A stretch of 64,000 bases of DNA from Phoronis australis (Eukaryota > Animalia > Phoronida). The stretch covers positions 250,913 through 314,912 of the forward strand of contig NMRA01000047.1 in NCBI GenBank assembly GCA_002633005.1, in the 5' to 3' direction. This document shows positions 62,201 to 64,000 of the stretch, one piece after another; position 1 is the first letter of the stretch, and each line of letters starts with the position of its first letter. The notes under the pieces were generated by a model that was not told the DNA's origin, ran no database searches, and worked only from the letters and a program-made list of their open reading frames with translations. Made by a program: the position numbers and the translations under genes.

Positions 62201-63270
62201 CTGTTGAACTACATAACTCATATGAAACAACTCAAACTGACACCTCATCTCTTTTGTAACAGTGAAAGAAAAATTCCTTAATATGGGCAGGTCTATTCAT
62301 TTGTCAAAAACACTGTTTTTCAGAAAACACACTGTTTTCACAACTTTTGTTAACATTAAAAGTTTTGTACACCATTAGCAGAACAATGACTTAGTGAAGC
62401 GGTCCGTCAAAGAAACAACTTCAAATTCAGGCCACTTTTTGTAATTACAAAACTAGTCTCAACTAAACCAGATGTCACTTCTGTGCTAGCATCCATTGAG
62501 CATAAGTTGGCCCACCATGACAAGCCAACTTGCAGAGTCTGGTCTCAACCAATAACAAACTGTCAATATTCCTTCCAACTAAATTCCAAGACAAGAAATC
62601 ACCTGTAATTTGACTAAGGAACAAACGGAGACGAATTTCACAATAGTATGAGGTTTAAGCACATCATAAGTTATAGTTTCTGTCTGAAGCAAGGGAGTCG
62701 CTTCCAGACTCCTCAAACTGCAACTCATTATATTCAAACTGTGACCACTTCAATGTGAAATTACCATACAATACAAATATACACTTGTCAATGAAATGGT
62801 AAAAGTCACATTTAAAAATGCATAGCCTTTTCAGACATTACCTCACAGGAAAAGAGATTTATAGAAATTAATAAAGTAAAACTAGTAAAAATAAAACCAC
62901 GAGCTTTACAGAAATTATTAACCTTTAAACTTCCACTCACTGAAGCAGGCAAGCTCACCACATAATACTCCTTCTGTGAACTCAAAAATCAGTCCACTAA
63001 CATTTATCAGACACGACACTAAAATACGACCAGCTTTCAAACTTTCAATGCATTTCTACTTAGGTTTACTTACGTTATTACTTCAACTTTTTTCACAAAA
63101 AGGCATGCATGCCAATAGGTAAGAACTCACACCTGGTTCAACCAACATTACACAGCCAGGTGGCACATAGGCAGTGACACAAATCAAGGTAAATCAATGA
63201 AAACAACACAGCAGGAATTTGCTGGTAAAATCAGAATGAAACCATTACCGTCAGTGGGTGACGCAGCCAT
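20115..63270 (-). CDS. APBB2: Fe65/APBB-family amyloid precursor protein-binding adaptor (WW-PTB1-PTB2), probably the single invertebrate co-ortholog of APBB1/2/3. Exons 63270-63249, 53345-52817, 52324-52165, 47281-47221, 40293-40169, 39323-39160, 37996-37777, 37112-36985, 29620-29334, 28183-28097, 27116-27001, 26223-26150, 25104-24996, 24221-24153, 20261-20115
   Basis: Diagnostic Fe65 segments: LPQGWEKHEDEDGPYYWHVKSGTIQREAP (WW); [10 protein letters not shown]...IRVWGVGRDNGRDFAYVARDK...KCHVFRCDTPA (PTB1); FPTPMEEPK...YLG...ECRVRFLSFLG...HVFHCDPSAG...ACKLRYQKCLDA (PTB2). All junctions are GT-AG with matching phases. Confidence 0.93.
21862..22355. repeat. Degenerate tandem repeat, unit about 63-67 bp, about 7 units, abutting alternative exon B
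   Basis: Recurring GCTGATAACATGC...TTACCAGACCACA...AAGACTA blocks. Confidence 0.7.
22350..22427 (-). CDS. APBB2: Candidate alternative Fe65 C-terminal exon B, GLGASIRSSVENIFGLWKGRKAAAC*
   Basis: TCTCTCGCTAACCCAG acceptor (branch-like CTAAC), phase 0, resembles exon A; a CAG|GTAGTA donor lies 9 nt after the stop. Confidence 0.65.
   Translation of the reverse strand, partial: GLGASIRSSVENIFGLWKGRKAAAC
22929..23820. repeat. Near-identical duplication of about 270 bp (22929-23199 and 23550-23820) flanking an N gap
   Basis: Both copies begin AGATCAGTCACATTACATCGAGC; only a few substitutions separate them. Confidence 0.9.
24153..24221 (-). CDS. APBB2: Fe65 exon, LRYQKCLDAHATTPDMKKQQAAK
   Basis: LRYQKCL motif at the end of PTB2; TTTCAG acceptor, AAG|GTAGGC donor. 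Confidence 0.92.
24996..25104 (-). CDS. APBB2: Fe65 PTB2 exon, MCAFIMHTAQDRFVAHVFHCDPSAGALCKTIEAACK
   Basis: TTCCAG acceptor, AAG|GTGAGT donor; conserved PTB2 sequence. Confidence 0.93.
26150..26223 (-). CDS. APBB2: Fe65 PTB2 exon, NPDKVIDECRVRFLSFLGIAIANV
   Basis: ECRVRFLSF motif; TTTCAG acceptor, AA|GTGAGT donor. Confidence 0.93.
27001..27116 (-). CDS. APBB2: Fe65 PTB2 exon, GVDVLNAAIEKL...VAVAPSTITITEHS
   Basis: CTACAG acceptor, TCG|GTATGT donor. Confidence 0.92.
28097..28183 (-). CDS. APBB2: Fe65 exon at PTB2 start, QSFPTPMEEPKKTLRAHYLGSTTVQRPT
   Basis: TTACAG acceptor, G|GTAATG donor; FPTP...YLG motif. Confidence 0.92.
29334..29620 (-). CDS. APBB2: Fe65 PTB1 C-terminal exon plus linker, DFAYVARDKVTRVHKCHVFRCDTPARHIAN...
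   Basis: Overlaps ORF 29263-29592; TTGCAG acceptor, C|GTAAGT donor. Confidence 0.93.
32201..32929. mobile_element. Non-autonomous TIR element (possibly PIF/Harbinger-like), copy 1, carrying a nested insertion
   Basis: Ends AGCTTTCCCATTAG and CTAATGGGGAAAG; collinear with 59149-59643. Confidence 0.7.
32276..32512. mobile_element. CAGTGGCGGATCTAGG-type MITE nested inside the element at 32201-32929
   Basis: GC-rich block with G-run and C-run ends that is absent from the sister copy at 59149. Confidence 0.65.
33021..33139. repeat. Perfect 57-bp tandem duplication
   Basis: TTTGTCAAAGGAACTAAAGG...GATCTCCA starts at 33021 and again at 33078. Confidence 0.9.
36121..36530 (+). mobile_element. Dispersed repeat family (AGGACCCT...TCTCAGAAATGG), copy 1, boundaries approximate
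   Basis: Shared blocks with 42590-43060 and 58490-59000. Confidence 0.5.
36985..37112 (-). CDS. APBB2: Fe65 PTB1 exon, GKDLYMDLD...SIRVWGVGRDNG
   Basis: Overlaps ORF 36981-37205; TTGCAG acceptor, AG|GTGAGT donor. Confidence 0.94.
37777..37996 (-). CDS. APBB2: Fe65 PTB1 N-terminal exon, ...[36 protein letters not shown]...VGRWGD
   Basis: TTTCCAG acceptor, GAT|GTGAGT donor; FAVRSLGWV motif. Confidence 0.94.
39160..39323 (-). CDS. APBB2: Fe65 linker exon, S/T/A-rich then LQEFEGHAFKYAAESLKA
   Basis: CTACTAG acceptor, CT|GTAAGT donor; resembles the APBB2 LKEFEG...YA segment. Confidence 0.85.
40169..40293 (-). CDS. APBB2: Fe65 WW domain second half, DEDGPYYWHVKSGTIQREAPPP...
   Basis: Overlaps ORF 40121-40321; TTTTTTCAG acceptor, ACG|GTAAAG donor. 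Confidence 0.92.
40734..40880. mobile_element. MITE of the same family as 3952-4070
   Basis: GCAGATCCAGGA...TCTTGGATCTGC inverted ends and shared internal sequence. Confidence 0.65.
42590..43060 (+). mobile_element. Dispersed repeat family, copy 2, boundaries approximate
   Basis: AAGATTATGCAGGACCCTAG...TCTCAGAAATGGCAG is similar to the copies at 36121 and 58490. Confidence 0.5.
43092..44592. repeat. 56-bp tandem array (2 units at 43092-43210 and about 3.5 units at 44395-44592) split by an insertion
   Basis: Unit GGGACCTAGTCTGAACCAATAACGATCAGTCAGTAAAGGCCTACATAGCCTGAAAA. Confidence 0.9.
43214..44390. mobile_element. TIR-bounded insertion (contains an N gap) inside the 56-bp array
   Basis: TGAACATTCCCACTAAA pairs with TTTAGTGGATGTGTTCA, and ATTTATCCACCTT pairs with AAGGTGGATAAAT. 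Confidence 0.6.
46615..47255. repeat. 61-bp minisatellite (about 9-10 units) whose last unit is the Fe65 WW exon 3' end plus its donor site
   Basis: Units start at 46673, 46735, 46796, 46857, 46918, 46978, 47039, 47100 and 47161; the copy at 47197 runs into the exon. Confidence 0.93.
47221..47281 (-). CDS. APBB2: Fe65 WW domain first half, LEEESSSDEETLPQGWEKHE
   Basis: TTGTTTCAG acceptor, G|GTAAGT donor. Phase 0 to phase 1 bridges the neighbouring exons exactly; LPxGW motif. Confidence 0.9.
50586..50785 (+). mobile_element. tRNA-derived SINE-like element
   Basis: A-box-like TGGCCTAGTGTG and B-box GGTTCGAGTCC, followed by a non-tRNA body shared with 58249 (AGACCC..GAGTCAGGTT...CTCAGCTCAGTTTTAACTATA). 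Confidence 0.8.
51376..51802. mobile_element. MITE with GTCCACAC-containing TIRs (possibly Harbinger-like)
   Basis: AAGTGCTGTCCACACACACACTTGACCTAAAACAA pairs imperfectly with TTGTTCTAGGATAAGTCTGTGTGTGGACAGGACTT. Confidence 0.6.
52165..52324 (-). CDS. APBB2: Fe65 N-terminal exon, SSQPESINECVNSPDSNDSGIQVD...DDVYAVVIRPIKPKKPAKQ
   Basis: GCTTTCAG acceptor, CAG|GTAGGG donor; phase 2 to phase 0 fits both neighbours and the frame is open. Confidence 0.8.
52817..53345 (-). CDS. APBB2: Fe65 large acidic N-terminal exon, ADPQFTSFSNPNYRL...GDEESEVN
   Basis: Longest ORF in the window (52813-53391); CTTTTTCAG acceptor, CA|GTAAGT donor. Confidence 0.85.
53982..54046. repeat. 21-bp tandem repeat, 3 units
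   Basis: CTAGAACACTGCAAGAATAGA repeated three times with one substitution. Confidence 0.85.
55037..55145 (-). CDS. APBB2: Candidate alternative first coding exon of Fe65, MLWRRKRVRQYMMKQHWELFNNPLPMDSDGEPTTGA
   Basis: ATG with an upstream in-frame stop; G|GTAAAG phase 1 donor compatible with the acceptor at 53345. Confidence 0.45.
57870..58110 (-). mobile_element. Decayed 3' end of a non-LTR retrotransposon ORF2
   Basis: EVG...RDRICCLCHTGQVETKVCFLFENPFF resembles the E.GR...RIC..C...VEDE.HFL..CP.Y C-terminal motif of invertebrate LINEs; key His and Cys residues are degenerate. Confidence 0.5.
58249..58490 (+). mobile_element. tRNA-derived SINE-like element, second copy
   Basis: TGGCCTAGCGGG and GGTTCAAATCC boxes; collinear with 50586-50785 through CCTGCAATTATTTTTT. 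Confidence 0.8.
58490..59000 (+). mobile_element. Dispersed repeat family, copy 3, boundaries approximate
   Basis: AGGACCCTGGAAAAATGTCCAAATTTGGCAAACTTTG...TCTCAGAAATGG matches the copy at 42590. Confidence 0.5.
59149..59643. mobile_element. Non-autonomous TIR element, copy 2 (lacks the nested MITE)
   Basis: Collinear with 32201-32929; right end CTAATGGGAAAGCT. Confidence 0.7.
60378..60865. mobile_element. Non-autonomous hAT-like DNA transposon
   Basis: TIR CAGGCCTTCAT(C/G)CAG, perfect 8-bp TSD AATCCAAT (60370-60377 and 60866-60873), subterminal GGCGTCCA repeats. Confidence 0.9.
63249..63270 (-). CDS. APBB2: Candidate first coding segment of Fe65, MAASPTD, within exon 63370-63249 (upstream part is 5'UTR)
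   Basis: Strong acceptor TCTCTTTTTATTGTTTGCAG at 63371, good Kozak context (ATC ATG G), G|GTAATG phase 1 donor matching the acceptor at 53345. Confidence 0.6.
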
Positions 63271-64000
63271 GATATGTTATTCTTGATTCAGTCGCTATGG
63301 ACACAGACGATATTGCATCAAATACAACACTTCTGTATTGACTTGATCCTTAACATCAACATCCAGAAACCTGCAAACAATAAAAAGAGATGAGCCATCC
63401 ATTATGAAAAAGGAGAAGAGCTAATACTCCTTTTGCCTACCTATTGAAACTGAAACCAGACTGACCTATGGTGTAAAGTGAATTCATGTACCATTGAGAA
63501 CAATAACAGTAATTCCAGACCTGAGCCAAAGGTGGAAATAATAAGGCAGGTTCCCTTAAGCTTGCTTTAGAACCAGGAAATAAATACTGAGGCACAGCTA
63601 AACTCTATAGGCACTGCATTCAGTTGGCTTTGAAAAATAACTTAGAATTCCTCAGGAAGTCTATAGGTCTATATTTCATAAATAAGTTTGTCATATATCG
63701 TAAACTCGCAGGCTTAAATTGGGAAACCCTCAGACAGTGGGGGTGGGTGATTACCATAGCAGTAGGTGCTTAAACCTAAGAGTGACAAAAAGTCGGGGAT
63801 GGACGATTACCAGGGGATGGGCGTTAACCCACAAGTTTATGAAAGACCTGCAACCGTACCATAACGTCCACCCATGAATTCAAAAACAGGAACAACTCCA
63901 ACAGACGACCTTCAAAATGGTTTTAGAGGTCGGTGCAACGTTAATGGAAGCTACGAATGACAGACTTCTGGACTTCCAGACTCAGAAATTACCATAAATG

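Noticed and set aside
63735-63840. Possible third copy of the 5683/8827 MITE
   Set aside because: Only degenerate GGGCGTTAACCC-like blocks are visible, with no clear TIR pair.

Overview
This is AT-rich animal genomic DNA with GT-AG introns, three N gaps and many short non-autonomous transposons; it is most consistent with a marine invertebrate, possibly a deuterostome (inferred, not proven). It holds two convergent spliced genes. On the + strand is the 3' part of an NSUN7-like RNA m5C methyltransferase homolog (exons 1-11890, 5' end outside the window). On the - strand is an apparently complete Fe65/APBB adaptor (WW, PTB1, PTB2; coding exons from about 63270 down to 20115). All exons were joined by hand with consistent intron phases. 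The main observations are: (1) the tail-to-tail NSUN7/APBB arrangement matches human NSUN7/APBB2; (2) the NSUN7 motif VI catalytic Cys is replaced by Arg; (3) two intronic tandem arrays appear to have grown out of Fe65 exon/5' splice-site junctions; (4) Fe65 has a duplicated alternative C-terminal exon and candidate alternative N-terminal exons; (5) Fe65 carries an FxNPxY motif in its own N-terminus; (6) a palindromic two-way AATAAA lies between the genes. No prokaryote-type systems (CRISPR, operons) are present, and most short ORFs in the track are spurious.
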